Shown: positions 1 to 15,397, numbered from the stretch's first letter. The stretch: 64,000 nt of DNA from Paragordius varius (GCA_964247055.1 OZ176051.1:3844001-3908000); one strand, 5' to 3'. The notes: generated by a model from the sequence alone, not told the origin. Program-made: numbers and translations.

Positions 1-3000
1 CTATACCAATCGATGATAATGGTTTGTCGCAATTTTCTGCGTCAATATTAATATTCTCATTCCCTATTTCAGCATGAATAATTTTTGCAGTGCTAGCTGT
101 TTGGTTATCAAGGTCTGCACCTGCAGTCAAATGATCTTTATATGGTGTTGAAGTTAACAAAGGTTCTGTAATGCAATCATTTTTTTGTTTGTCCTTAATT
201 ATTCCATTTATAGATAAATCATTGTCGTGAATTGAGGAGGGGCTTAATAATCGGGATCCTTCCCCTAAATTGGGAGCTATAACAAAAGTAAATGACAAAA
301 ATTATAAATAATGTCCTATAAATTTAGTGTTTAAATAAATTAAATAATTGAATAATGGGTAAATTTTGATAAAAAATATTCCATAAAAGCGCATATTAAA
401 ATTACAATGGGTACAAGAAGAATTTTCATCCGTGTCAGATTGTTGTGTGTTTGCTATTTTTTCACCTTTTGATGCGGCGATGGTTTTGGCGTAAAAAGAA
501 TATTGTTTGAAAGTATCTTTCATATCAGGATACAAGATATCAACAATATCCCAAAATGTTGGGCGACCGGTTGGTTCAGCATTCCAGCATAATTGCATCA
601 ATTCGTATCTTAAAAGGTGACACAAAACAAAAATATATTTAGGATTTAATATTATACATGGTTTTTTGTTCCAAGATAAAACATAAAAAGTTTTATAATA
701 ATCTAATGATTTTGATATTTTATTTATTATATAAACTTGGATACAAATTATTAAAATAAGTTTTGTTCAACCAATTTAAACTTTTCAGTATTTAATAATC
801 CAAAACGGTTGATCATGCTTAAGTCTCTAGCTAAAAAATAGTTTTATTAAATAGAAACCACTAGTCTTTTATAATTTACTTTTGTCTCGTTATAATTTAT
901 TAAAAATTTGTTATAATTTAATTACAATTGATCGGGACATCCTTCAGGTTGTTCCAAAATGCCACCATTGATGACAAAATTGACGACCTGTTCGTTAGAT
1001 AAACCCTGATAAGGTTGACAAGCCAAAGTTGCAATCTCCCACAAAACTATGCCATATGACCTAAAGAAAGTTCAAACTTAATAATTATTTCTGGAAAAAA
1101 CTAATTAAACAAGTGGTGATTTTATAAATTCTAATGGAATTTTTCATAGTAATGCTAAACTTATAAAAAATGAAGTAAATAATTTGTGTCTTAGTAAAAA
1201 TATAAAAATAAAATATTTCACATACATTATATTAAAAATAATTATCAAGAATGTAAAAAAGAATGTTGACATACCAAACATCAGATTGAGAGGTGAAAAT
1301 TCCATCTTTAAGTGATTCAAGAGCCATCCAACGTACTGGTAACAAACCTTTTCCATCTTTACGATAATAATCGGTTTCATAAATGTCTCTCGTCATTCCA
1401 AAATCTATTCACAAATATTCACAAAAATAGTATGATAATAAGTTATTATCAAAAAGGTATCTCTGTGGTATAACTAAAACGCTATTTCTATCTATTCGCG
1501 TAGAAAAGGCTAAAAAATAGGAGTGTTTGAGTAATCAAAAATAATCGATTTAAAGGCGGTCATAAACAATCAATATCATATATTTGTAATCAATTATAAT
1601 AGTTCTAAGTAGTGCAATTTATAGTTTATATCAATTGGATAAAAATTTTGAAAGAAAACTTTAAAATCACGTAATTTTATACATAATTAATCCTATAAAA
1701 TACATATATCAACATAATTATTTATATAATAGCAATCACAGTCACACTCTTATTATAAACTCAAAAAACCTTAGCTATAAAAAGTGCGTGCGAAATCAAA
1801 GCCTTTCTCCAAAAAAGATTAAAAGATGTTATATATATAAAATTTACCTCCAACTTTAACGGTCAAATTTGCATCAACCATACAATTTCTGGCAGCTAAA
1901 TCTCGATGAACTACATGAGAATTTGCCAAATAAGCCATACCATCAGCAATCTCACCGGCCATGTACAGGTATTGAGCAAATGTTAGAGGTCTTTTGAGCA
2001 ATTCACGTTTTCGTACATCTATCAAGCAAACAAGTAAAAAATGTTTAACGTCTACATAAATTAATATTTAAAGAAATTTTTTTCTAAGACTAATCATTTA
2101 AAAGGTATATATAAACTACTTTTTTAGAAAGTATTTATAAAAAGTTTATAATTGTTGAGCTTTAAAAGCTAAAATATAAAATTTTAAATTAAAGAAAAAA
2201 ACAAATTTTTGACTGAAGAGTTAATTATAATATTATTACTCATTCGCATTTTCTCTTGATCTTCCAAACTTTCAGAATCAGGAGGAGAATCCTGCAATTT
2301 TAATTCTAAATTTGATTCCGTCTAAAAAACAATTATATATTTTTACTGGATTTATTAACAATAATTACACTAATGTCATAAATTATATATCCAACTGCAT
2401 AAATAATTGATCTATAAGTAACATACATTTATTTAAATTGAAAAAAATTTAAATTATTATAAAAAATCGGTATTCTTTAATATATTATAAAAATAATTAA
2501 TTATTCAGAAAAAAATTTACATCTGTAAATTGGTGGATATTCCGATGTGCCCGAAGAAATGTTTTAAGATCTCCCCCCTCCATTAACTCCATAAGGACTA
2601 GGGTTGGTTGTGATTTGGATACGACGCCTAATAACTTGACTATGTGATAGCAATCAAAACCCCTATCAAAATATAAAAATAATTAGATATAAAATAAAAA
2701 TTGCAAATATTTAAAGTAATTTATAGCATAATTAGATTATTGATATATCATGGCTCTATACGCTTTTCCAACTTTATTTAAAAAACATTAAAGGGTAAAT
2801 GTCCGAAAAATCCCGATAATAACTAGTTTCCAACAATTTAGATCAATTAATGAAGCCAATCAATAATTTGGATATTATGAGAAAAATGTGGTATCATTAT
2901 ATTATCGGCTATCATTTGAAACAAAAGTTAGTTTATATCAACAATTTAAATTCATACTGTAAATTTATATTTCAATCCAAAACTATTAAAAATATAAAAA

Positions 3001-3178
3001 CGATCAATTTTATATGCAGTTTATACCCTCTTATATTTAAATTCTATAAAATAAAATTTATATGACACAATATTATAATACTTCATAACAGATGCTTCCC
3101 GTAAAAATTGTAATTTTTCCGTAGCAGACGCTGATTCGTTGATAGTTTTAACAGCACAAGGTTTGTATGTTACTACAT

Positions 3179-3214
<36 letters not shown>

Positions 3215-6200
3215 GTTAACTAATAATTTTTTTAAATTCTAACAGTTAATATTAATATAGGAGTCAAACCTTTTTCAAGCTTTTGCAAGTTTATCTATTA
3301 TCCTTTTTTTCAAAAATTACTTTAAAGTCCCCTTTTATGCAATATTATTCATTTAATTGTAATCAAAAATCATGTAAAAATGCCTTAGCTAAAACAAATC
3401 ATAAAAACGTATTTGTAAAAATTCCGCACAAAATGTCTTTTTCGCATATTATACCTACCATTAGTTGTGGTTGCTGATATTTCTCATTTAAAATAAATCT
3501 TTTTCTGTAATAAACTTATTTTTATGTCATGCACGCTTTTTTCACAACAAAACAACACGGTTGCAAGTAACTACACCCCAAAATGTGTAGAAAATGTAAA
3601 CCTGTATGGCCACCTTGTATAGTTTCTGTGAATAGATTTTTGTCATTATCACCCCTAAGTATGTTATTGTTTCGCATCGAAGTTAGATCAGAGGGTAAAA
3701 CTATAATCTTACCTCTGTATACAGTTCCAAAAGAACCTTGACCTAACGGCGATTCTGATTTATTGTCTATAATGACGCGTTCACGATCAATTTCATATTC
3801 ATCTGGGGTATATACATCACCAGAATGTAAATAATCGGGGTTTATTGCCGTATAAATCTAAAATTAGGCAAAAATAGTTTATTTTTAAAAAACAATTCGA
3901 TGCTAACATCATTAGCATATAGATGCAAAAAAGGTATAAATGAATTTTCGTGATATTTCTTCGTTAACATCTAACTTTTACAAATTGTAATGAAAATAAA
4001 ATATAAAAAATGTAGTTTATCAGTCCGATAAATCGAAATTCAAAACATTTATAATATATGGAGGTATATAAAAACAAATTTAAACGACATTCTATTTAGA
4101 TAACTTAAAGTATTATATTTTTAGTATCTAGAATATGAATAAATTCAAGATAGAATATTATTTTGCAAAATTAATTTAATACGGTTCATATTATTAACAT
4201 TATATTATTAAATAAAAACCAATTTTCAAAAAATCATTTTGATAGCAAATAAAAAGTTTACCCATCCGTCCACAGGTAAGCTTTGACCATTTTTAAGGGA
4301 GGAGACGCCTGTAGCATAATGAGTAGAATATAATTTTTTGTTATCCATTTTCTGTCGTTTACGGCCACCGTAGACAAAGCGTTTGCGTTTCGCATCATAA
4401 AACAAATAGTATTCAAATCTTTTACGGACATATAGACACCTATATAACATATATACATACCAAAATAATAAAATGGTTTAGAGCAAAAACAAAATTACAC
4501 GTAATGTTTATCACAATCAGTAAATATTGATTATTAAAGAATAAGAAAATTATTATTAAAAATGGTAAAAATGATTGATTAATTTTGTCGCCATTAGTTT
4601 TTAGCGACATAATTTTCGTTTCAATTAAAATAAAGAATCTCTCTTTTACAAAATAAAAGTAAAAAAATGGTTTTTTAAAAGCAAATAAAATTGATAAGAT
4701 ATGGGTTATTAAGATGATTAAATTAATTTAAAAGAAACACTAGCAACTTTTTTGCCATTATTTTTTTTTAAAAATTATTCTAATTAACTCACAAATACCA
4801 AAAACTAAAACAAATTTCTGAACTTTTGCAAAAAATAAAAATAATTAATAAACTAACCATATAAGCCAACAGGACATGGCTGCCGAAAATAAGGCTGTAA
4901 GTGTAACGAGCCAAACTGCAATAGTTTTACGTTTCATAAGAGCATTGCGACGATAAATGGCGCTCAACGATTCCTCATCTATGATATTCAAAGCAAGGGA
5001 AAATATTAAAAAACCTATAAAATTATATCAAAATATCGAAAATTCCTAAATCGTTTGCACAAATCAACTTAAATTTAATTTGATGCAAGCGAAGTATGTA
5101 TAGCATATATTTAGCAATAAAAAGCCGGTGCTGATAAAAAAATATCAAAAAACTATTATAAAGTATCTTATCTTAATAATATTTAGATTTTCCTTATCAA
5201 AAACGCAATCATTCGGTAAAAAATGCGAAAATATTCAGCGTATAATGAATATTTCATTTAGTCTATTCATAATAAAATAAAAAAGTTAATAAAGTATAAA
5301 AGAAATTATTTTCTGTGTGCCAAAACTACATTATATACCATACGCTACTATAGGGGAAATAAAAAGATTTCAGGGATATTTATATCCGTGAAAAAATATT
5401 TAAAATTAACAAAAAAAGATGTTAATAAAAGGAGGTAACAAACCCTCTGGCATTTCTAACGTAATAGAACGGGTAGGTCGAGAACGGCCGTAAAGAGATG
5501 TTGAAGAAATCGTTATGGAATATTTTCCAGGATCAAGAATACGTTCCCAACCATTTTTGTTTTTGAGATAATCAGAGATGGAAACACAGTCTCGATAATT
5601 TCGCTTAATATGTATATATATTAAAAAATGGAATTGATAAGTAATTAACTCTTATGCAAAATAATTGAATAAATCAATTTTTGATTCATTCCGAAGAAAA
5701 AGCTTTTTTAGAAACTTTGTTGAGAAACTGAGAGGGACTTACAAACGAATTGGGTAAATGGATGAATATAATAATTAACAGATGTATTCGTTATTAAATA
5801 TAAGGTGTTACTATGTTAATGAATATGCAAGTAGTATTTTTACACATTAAAGATATAAATTAATAATGATAATTTGAATAATATATCTTATTCAAAATGC
5901 ACAAACACATAAATACCATTTTTAATAGGTAAACTCTAAAGCTATGTGTGCTATTATGGATAATTTTCCTTTTATACAAAAAAATTAAAAAAAACCTCAA
6001 AACAGAGAGTCATTAACAAAGTATTTTATTTTTTAAAGTTCATTTTACATTTGGATGATCGATTCCGTGAAAATCAATGTGATACGATAGAATAAGACCA
6101 TTAGGTTCTGCCGGTGCTGTCCATTCTATTCGAACTTTCTGGGTTTTTGAATGAACAAAAGTTTTTATCCTGCCTTCATTGATTTCATCAGCGTGTAAAT

Positions 6201-8249
6201 TTGGTCTCGTTCTAAACACTGTAACAACCTCTTGACTACATTTACGGTTTATGTTATTATTATTTAACAAGTTTTTATTTGGGTTATTTTGTGATTCTTC
6301 ATTGTTTTGTACGTGATCGGCATGACAAGCTTTAATCTTTAGTGTACGCAAAAACATATATAACAAACATATTTCAAAAACAACATAGCTTACAAATATA
6401 AATATCAAATCCAAACATCTTAAATATACCATTTACAATACAAATTCACCCTTGAACAATTAAAATTATTCACCCTTGAACAATACAAATTCATCCTCAT
6501 ATAAATTATGTGTTTTTTAAAAATTACCTATATTATAAGATATTTTAAAAAACAAAACATTTTTTAAAATTTAAATATTACTTAAAAAATAATAAAGTAT
6601 GCCATAAAGATATATTTTATATGAATGAGTTACATTATTTCGAAAAAACATGATTGTTTATTAGGGTAAATTTGTATTGGTTAAGGGTAAATTTGAATTG
6701 TTCGGGGTGATGAATTGTTTAAGGTTAAATTTGAACAGTAAATGGTATATATATTTTTTATAAACAGGCAAAGATATATATGTATTCAATTTACCGATAT
6801 TTGATAATATTGAAAGTATTTAGGATTTTCAATGGTAAATGTTGTATTTTGAGCACCAAACACTATAGCACTATTATTCATTTGGCTATTTCGATTTTTA
6901 AGACTTAACTTATCATTTAATTTAGCGCGTCTTTTTTGTCTAATAGGTTTAATATCCGAAACGTTTTCATTATTGCTAATTGGTGTTTTTTGTGATGATA
7001 GCAATAAAAAACTCAATAAATTACGGATTTCAGACTCCTCTTGGGCAGCGTTGTAATCTGGTCTAAAATGGTTGAACAATATATTAAATTATTTCTTATG
7101 TCAGCTATATTGAAAATTAAACTTTTTTTCGAAAATCTAAAAAAACCATGATGTACCTTTTAATAAACGTAATGCCATGCAAAAAATCTTCGAATGCAAT
7201 GTTCCAACCCACATTTTTCTCATAAAGGCTCATTTTGTGCTTACTATTTTTATTATCATCCATATTTTTTGGTTCCATTTTTTTCGGACCCTCCACATCA
7301 TTATTTTTATGATTGCATTCACAATTATCATTATTAATATCTGATTTTTTACTATGGATATTATAATAATCATAAAAAGTGTGATTTTCATTGCCTATTT
7401 CTTCATCAACGCCATTATGATTAATAAGAGGTTCATGTATGGTTGACATAAGGGGTATTTCATTGTAATCATGATACAATTGATCTAGTATGCGGGATAA
7501 AAAAATGATAGATAGGCTTTAAGGTTTCAATTAAATTTTGTGCATTTATTAACATTCAAAAAATTATAATGCAAAATCAACGAGGTTTAAATAAATATAA
7601 ACCGTACATTGTTTTAAGGAAAAAAATATTTAGTTTTAATTTTCAAAGATACAACTCTAAAAGTTGCGTGGATACCAGAAAACAAAAAAACGCATATTTG
7701 CTTATCTCTAGTAATATATATGAGAAGATATTATTAATATTGAAAAATAATCTAAACGTTAATTTTAATTTAAAAAAATTAATATATTTTTTATAATCAT
7801 GATGCGAATAATGAGTTCTCACTCAATTTTATCAATCAATGATGTAGATAGCAAAAGATCATAATTTTTTATTCAATGCAAAGAGACCTTAATTCGTATT
7901 TTTACAACAAAATAATAATTTTATTGTATATATATACCATTTACAGTTCAAATTCACCTTCGAACAATTCACATTCACCTTCGAACAATTCACATTCACC
8001 CTTGAACAATTCTAATTCACCCTAAAAATAAATTATGTGTTTTCGAACTAATATAACTCATTATTAATATAAAATATATCTTTATGGCATAATTTATTAT
8101 TTTTCAATATTATTTTAATTTAAAACAAAATTTTAGTTTTTTAAAAATATACTAAAATATAGGTAATTTTTCAATCTTAAAATACATATTATTTATTTGA
8201 GGGTGAATTTGAATTGTTTAAGGGTGAATTTAAACGTAAATGGTATAAT

Positions 8250-8292
<43 letters not shown>

Positions 8293-11200
8293 CAAATGTG
8301 GGATGGGGTGGGCACAAAAATCACGTAATACATATTCTTTTCCATTCGTTTGTTGCATTTGGCCCAACAAAGCATGATCATGTATTGAATCATTTCCAAT
8401 AATAATAGGTTCTTTCTTTGTAGCAATAACTTTATCACTCATGTAATAATAATGATGTAAATAGGGTGATATAAGTTTCCAACTAATTTTGTAATATTCG
8501 ATAGGCCCATTAGGTTCATTCGGTTGTTCCCATTTTAGGATGAGCGAGGAACCATTGTAGTTGACATTATTATTACCGTTTGGGTTTTTTGGATCTGGCC
8601 AGAAAGAAAAAGAATTTTAACAATGTTTGTACGAAAAATAAACTTCGAATATAAAAACAACCAACTTTTAAGCATACTGAAAAAGCTGTTAATTGATGTT
8701 TAACCTTGAAATATAATGTGATTTGTGAATAAAATAATTGTACAAACTTATCAAATGTTTGATTGTAACTTCATACAAATAAAAAATAACTTTACAATGT
8801 AAACTTTATATATCGCAAATTATTGATTTATCAATAAATAAAATTTTAAGGAGCACCAACAATCAATTTGTTTAAAGGTGAATTTTCCTTTACCAGGAGT
8901 AAACTTTATTAAGTACTTTTTAAACATTTATAAATCTTTTTACAAACATTTTCCCCATCATTTGCCCTTAAAAAGTACAAAAAAAGTACAGTCCTAATAA
9001 TTTTACCCTCTTTTGCCTCTTTCAATTTTGTCTTTTGTATGGTTTGTTGCAAAAATATTTCTCGTATAGACAGGCCACGTGGCGGTGATGGTTTATCAGG
9101 GCCTGTTCGGAAATAATGTATTTCGCTCCGGGCCCCTGCATTTTCCGTGGCTATCGTGAAAGTTTTGACATAAACTGCGTACCAAGTGTAAGGTCTAAGA
9201 TCCCTTAACATGTGATGAATGTATTTGCTGTGTTGTGTTGTTGGGGATGATGAATCCATTGCATTTTCAATAAGATGAATAGATTTATTATGATCATTAC
9301 CTTTATCTGGTGGTCCTAAGGTTTCCATTTCAGACAAATTAGTTTCTTTATGCGAATCTTTAGGAATAAATAGATGGTGTTTTAAATAATCAATTAAGTA
9401 AAATATAAAAATTAATGAAATACTAAGCAATCATTTATGTAATCTTTTGAGCAGAAAAAAATTTATACGACAAATTTAGAAAACCAAAAAAAATTACTCA
9501 AATTTGCCTGCAAATCCGCAAATATTTGTGGTGTAAGGACCGATGTCGCAATATTGGAAGTGTTTGTCAATGCCGCATTCAATTGAGATTTCAATTTGTT
9601 AAGGTTTGATAGTATGCCCCAAATATCGTTAATATCTAAATCTTTTTTTTATTCATATTAAAAAAATATTAAATACAAATACTTATAAAAGATCGAATAA
9701 TATTAATTTTGACCTTTACATGTGTAATCACATTTATATAATGAAAATACTATATAAACTCCAAGCAAATTTTGTTGGCAAAAAACATTTATGATGTTCT
9801 ATTAAAAAAATGTTTTATGTTCGTTTTTATTTATCATTAATGATTTTAAAAATGAAGGAATACTTTTTTTACAAATCTAAGGGTAAAAGACAAATACTAT
9901 TTTTACAAAATTTGGAAAATTAAAAATCTTATAATAATAAAAATGAAAAAAAAAACTGTTATCATCAATCAACACATGTTCCATATCAGCCGGAGAAATA
10001 TAAGGATCAATAGGGACATCAATCACTTTCCAAGGGTCATTTATTTGACATGCATCCCTATCCGTATAATACGATACTATAGGGTGTTCATTTTGAGCGT
10101 TATCTATTTATAAAAAAAAAGAGTTTTTTTAATAAAAGTTCTCCTAAGAAATTATAATTAAAGAAAAAACAGCTAAAAACTGACGGATATAGAGCCATAC
10201 CTTATTCAACCTTATTTTTTAAATAAAAACAATATAATTTCAAGATATATAATTGAATATTTTCTCTATTCACACCTCTCTTCCTTTTTTCGCAACTTAA
10301 AATGATACGCTTTATTTAAATTAATCAAGAATTGAAAATATAGTAATCTTAAACGATTAAATATTTGGTGTTGCCTTTTTACTTAAATTACAAAATATAT
10401 ATATATATATATATATAACTAACAACCTATGTTTTTGGTGGATAACAAGTTGTTATAATTATCACGATCCGAATTTTGTTGCAAATCAGTCAAATCACGA
10501 TACGTAACAATGTATCCCAAAAGAGCTCTGGGATCCTGTGCAATATACTTTTTCCACTTTATTAAGGCTAATCGACTCGTTATAAAGGGTATAGTAACTG
10601 GGAGTGGTAAAACTTCACCTATATAAATACCATTTACAGTTAAAATTCACCCTTAAACAATTCAAATTCACCCTCGAACAATTCAAATTCACCCTTGAAC
10701 AATTCAAATTCATCTTTAAACAATTCAAATTCACCCTAAAATAAATTTTGTGTTTTTTAAGATTATATATTACCTATATTTTTAATATTTATAAAAAAAA
10801 TTTTTGTATGCAATCAAAATAATACTGAAAAAATAATAAACTCCATTAACATATATTTCATATTAATAATGAGTTATATTAGTTCAAAAACACATAATTT
10901 ATTTTTAGGGTGAATTTAAATTGTTCGAGGGTGAATTTGAATTGTTCAAGGGTGAATTTGAACTGTAAATGGTATATATATGATTTAAAAATAAAGTTGA
11001 TCCCCCTTTACATAATAAGTTTAAAAGGTTCTAAGATTTTTTAGTTTTAATCGTTATAGTGAGACAAACTTACGATTTAAAAGGGTATATAGAAGCCCTT
11101 AAAAAGAGCTAAAACAATAAAAAAAATCCATATATAATGGTTTAATATTGTAAAATAATATATTTTTTATTCAAAAAACTAAATATCAATTAATTTTTTT

Positions 11201-14200
11201 ATTTAATTTTGACTCAAAAAAGGGTTATGATGCGGATATTAAGCCATATTTCCTCACCTAAAATTTATAATTATAGAACATGATCTTTTTAACTAACATT
11301 ACAGAAACAGACAATTTTTCCCTATCCAAAATGCTAAAAAAAGTTTACAAGCAATCTTATCGCCGTTTGAAGTGGCCGAGATTTCCGTTGAATCCAATGA
11401 GGGATCTTTTAAGCCCACAAAATCTATCAATTTGTGGATGATGGAAAGACAAAGCCGAGGATTAAAATGAAATATAAGTTTGCCATTTTCAATGACCAAT
11501 TTTTTACCATCACGTTGTCTATTCGCAATATCCCATAGAATTTCCAAATTAGGATTATCTATGACTACCAAACTATACCTAATATAGAAATAGAAAATTA
11601 TTGTGAAATACATTCTGTGGAAAAAATAAATAACATTTTTTTATGATGAAAATACTGTTTATTCCATAATTGTAGGCCTCGTATCCGGGTAAGGTTTGCA
11701 AGGAATTCAAGTGAAACCAAAGGATAAGACCTGGAAATTCGGACATAACCTGTAATTTCTTCAATGAGTCCCAAATTAGTTATCAATTCTTTGACAACAC
11801 CCTCTTTAAATATGGTATAATATATTTTTAAGGACAATCCTAGCAAAGTTATAATGTGTGCATTAATAAAAGAATTTTTAGGAAAAATATCACTTTTTAC
11901 ACATTCCATGTATATGAGATCAACAAATGGTTCTTTACCGATAAAAACTTTATTATATTTTCAGTAATATAAAGTAAAAAAAAAACAATTATTGTTAAAA
12001 ATAAAAATCCATATATATATTTATTTGAATATAAATTTAAATTTATAAAAAAATATATATTACGTCCGCCCTGGATAGATAATTCGAGATTGCCATTTAT
12101 AATGGTACAATCCTTGAGGCGTTGTGCATCGGCTATATTTATGATGGGTGTATTAACAGTACAAACTAGATATGTAAAAAATAAAATTATCAAAGTTGAA
12201 TAAAGTATAGTTATAGAACATTTTAATATTACATTATTATCAAAAATGTTATAGTTAATATCTAAAATTATATTCCCCGAAATAAAGTTAAAATTCGAAA
12301 AAAAACCATATTTTAAGATTTAAAAGTAAATCTTTTAAAAGTTTAAAATGTTGTAAACATTTATCCTAATTCTACAATCAAACCAAATATTCTAAAAAAT
12401 AATTTTACATTAAAGAAATATTATGTTTTTATAATTTAAATTCTTGTTCAATTTTAATGAAATTGAAGAATTACTTTTTGGACATGCCCCTACACATAAT
12501 AAACATGAGTGAGGGTCCTTTGGATTTTCACGATACCCAAACGGGCATTTTTCCAAACATTTGTCACCAAAGAGTTTGTATTTCACGGAATTGTCAAACA
12601 ATTTTTTTGGTTCATTTTGAGCAAGATTGGATGATGTAGTAGTTTTTATATGATCATTATTAATGTTATTATTAATATTTTGCGCTGGTGAAGATCTAAA
12701 AAAATTTTTTTGGAAAAATTCATCATGTAAAAAGTTTGGAAATTAGTTTAAAATTAAATAAAATAGTATACCCAAGATTTGTGAACACATCTAGGGTAGT
12801 TTTAATAGTAGGAATCGGTGTAGTTGGTAAAATAATAATCTTTTTAGTTGGATCTTTGCAGAAAGCTGCAGTTACACATCTTCGATTATAAAACTGGAAA
12901 AAAATAGGACAAATAAACTATAATTTCTTACAACATGTAGGCTTAGATAATATATATTTAAATTAGCACATTTAAAAAGTTTTAAATTAAATGATATTTT
13001 TCTGACTATGAATATTGATATATTGAATTAGTTAAAACAATTTTTAAAAATGAATTACACTTATAATGACACCACACCAGATAACTAAAATATAACCTAT
13101 TAATAAAAATTATATCCATCTTTATGATAACTTAAGATACATTTAACAGGATTTAATTGAAAAAACACAAAAATAAACTACAAAACTTTTACAAAAACTT
13201 TTAAAGTTTAAAGTTAGTTACAGCATATGTATCAGGAGGACATTTTGCATAACATTCTTTCTTGTAATAAAAATTGCGACAAACTACGCAATCACGAGCC
13301 GTCGGGCCAACACAACCACCCAAACAAAGTTGGTGACAACAATTTCCAAATTTATCACAAACATTGGTTGGACAATGCGTACAAACTGTATATTATAAAG
13401 TAAAAATAAAACTCAAAAATACCGATAAAATGTAAAGAAAAAGTAGTTCATTTACTCTATATTTTTATGTTTTTAAGATAAAGCTAAATATTATATTTTA
13501 AAAAGTTTCAATCAAAATTTAAACGTTCGATGTACAATGATATTTTGCAGAACAGTTGATTTACTATATGTTCTTTCTCAAATAACTATCTTGCCTGATA
13601 CGGTATAAGTAAATCATTCTAATAAACTCTCACCCTCTTCCCAAAACTAAAATAAAACGAATCTCATATATTTTTAAAATATAATTTATATATGCATCCA
13701 CCTCCCAAAACTTTTAAGTTGTTAAAGTTTTGATTTGTTTAAAAAAAGTATATACCATTTACAGTTCAAATTCACCCTTGAACAATTCAAGCTCACCCTT
13801 GAACAATTCAAATTCACCTTTGAACAATTTAAACTCACCTTAAAAATAAATTATGTGTTTTCGAACTAATATAACTCATTATTAATATGAAATATATGTT
13901 TATGGTATAGTTTATTATTTTTTCAGTATTATTTTAATTTAAAAAAAAAATTTTATTTTTGAAAAATATAAAAAATATAGGTAAATTTTAATCTTAATAA
14001 ACATATATTTTATTTGAGGGTGAATTTGAATTGTTCAAGGGTGAATTTGAACTGTAAATGGTATTTATATATTTAACAAAACATTTACCAATTTGACAGG
14101 AGGTTTCACTCCAACATAAATGCTTTATGTCGCCAGAATTTGGAGATGCATTTTCAGGAAAAGTTAATTTTGTTTCATTATTACTAGTAGTGATATTGAA

Positions 14201-15397
14201 TGAGCCCTTCTTCTTCTGATCTGTAAAAGATTGTTCCCATTGTTTTTGAATTTTATCACCCAATTGAGTACTTAAAGTGACTGCCCTTCGATTCGGTAAT
14301 TGATTGATAGGACAAGTAGTTGGAAGTTTTTGATTCCACTTAAAAAAATATCAAATGTCAAAAATGGTGTGTCAAAATATGTTGCATACTAAATTATAGT
14401 TAAAAAAATTAAACTCCAAAAAACAATGAATTAGACTTGAAAAAACGAAAATAATAAATTTTCTAGCGGATCTTTTAATTATCCGGGGAACAAAATAATT
14501 TTCAGATAGAATTATAAAATATATTTTTATAATACGACAATAAGCTAAAAATATTAGCCAAACAAAAATATCAATTTTTACAAAAGCGTTATTTATTAAA
14601 TAACTAAACAAAAAGTCTCATACTAACTCCAAAAACAATTTGAAGTGTAAAAAAATTTGCTTACTTTTAAATTTTTGCTTCCTTTATTATCTATGTTTTT
14701 CGTTTTTGATGTCGTATTGAGAGAGTTTGTGGTTAAAGTAGAAGACCTTACACAATCATTTGAACATGTACCGTCTTGTGCATTGTCAGAAAAGATACTT
14801 TCACCCATATAATCGGAATTTGTTATTAAAAGTTCCCATGCGACTGTATCCACAAAACATAGGAGCGGATTTCTTTGGATCCTAACTGCCCCCCGCTCAA
14901 TAATAGTCAAAGATCCTATCATTATGAATAAATTTCAAAAGATGTTATAAAAAAATATTTAAATTATAATTCAATCGTACCTAACCCAAGATCTTCCAAT
15001 TCAAAATTTTCATAAACGGCTAATGCATAATTATATGCTAAGGTTAATCCACGAATCACAGCTAAATTTGGAAATAAATCTCCCAAACTGGTTAATCCAC
15101 TAACTCTATACACCAATAAATAACCGGTTATTTCAACCAAATCTGGATAGGTGATATTAACAAAATCTTTTGGCTTAGCCAAATCAAATAACATAATTTC
15201 CAAATTTCCCTCGATAACTGTACATCGATCGAGTATTGCAAAGTTTGTAACAGAATTACGAATTGATAGGCTACTGCAAACTAAAAAATTATATTAAAGA
15301 GCATACTATAAGGGCTTTTGCGTATAATTTGAGTTGAATTAAAATCGACTAAATAGAATAATAAATTTGTTAAAATAAAAAATAGACATTTTATCAT
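1..15397 (-). CDS. InR: Insulin-like peptide receptor tyrosine kinase, about 30 exons, 3' end truncated by window edge
   Basis: Exons (minus, high to low): 15397-15307 (signal peptide [19 protein letters not shown]), 15280-14981, 14915-14665, 14338-14089, 13385-13222, 12893-12772, 12695-12475, 12165-12064, 11803-11656, 11578-11349, 10618-10424, 10103-9957, 9635-9498, ~9357-9007, 8594-8292, 7484-7157, 7062-6795, 6336-6049, 5603-5444, 5014-4858, 4439-4262, 3857-3602, 3172-3082, 2662-2521, 2321-2240, 2018-1848, 1404-1275, 1060-926, 608-406, 276-1. Motifs: L1 ([26 protein letters not shown]), Cys-rich region, L2 ([13 protein letters not shown]), FnIII, furin site RQKRR (~6930), [36 protein letters not shown]. 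Confidence 0.96.
3181..3212. repeat. (TA)n microsatellite near an InR acceptor
   Basis: Direct TA dinucleotide run. Confidence 0.9.
6425..6749. mobile_element. MITE family A copy 1 (InR intron)
   Basis: Inverted termini TATACCATTTACA... / ...GTAAATGGTATA with subterminal 21-bp tandem units (ttcacccttgaacaattcaaa). Confidence 0.85.
7933..8247. mobile_element. MITE family A copy 2 (InR intron)
   Basis: Same termini, 21-bp units and AT-rich core; followed by a (TA)n tract. Confidence 0.85.
8252..8290. repeat. (TA)n microsatellite abutting the InR donor at 8291
   Basis: Direct TA run; source of the YIYIYI ORF artefacts. Confidence 0.9.
10627..10976. mobile_element. MITE family A copy 3 (InR intron, core inverted relative to copy 2)
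   Basis: Same termini with four to five 21-bp units on the left; starts 6 nt from the AG acceptor at 10619-10620. Confidence 0.88.
13751..14064. mobile_element. MITE family A copy 4 (InR intron)
   Basis: TATACCATTTACAGTTCAAATTCACCC ... GGGTGAATTTGAACTGTAAATGGTA. Confidence 0.88.

Noticed and set aside
8193-8442. Overlapping ORFs with YIYIYI runs
   Set aside because: Products of a (TA)n microsatellite and a MITE end; only 8594-8292 is a real InR exon.
13751-13850. Regular 21-bp repeats resembling a CRISPR array (also at 10627 and 27450)
   Set aside because: No spacers, arranged as inverted arms of a dispersed MITE, eukaryotic context and no cas genes.
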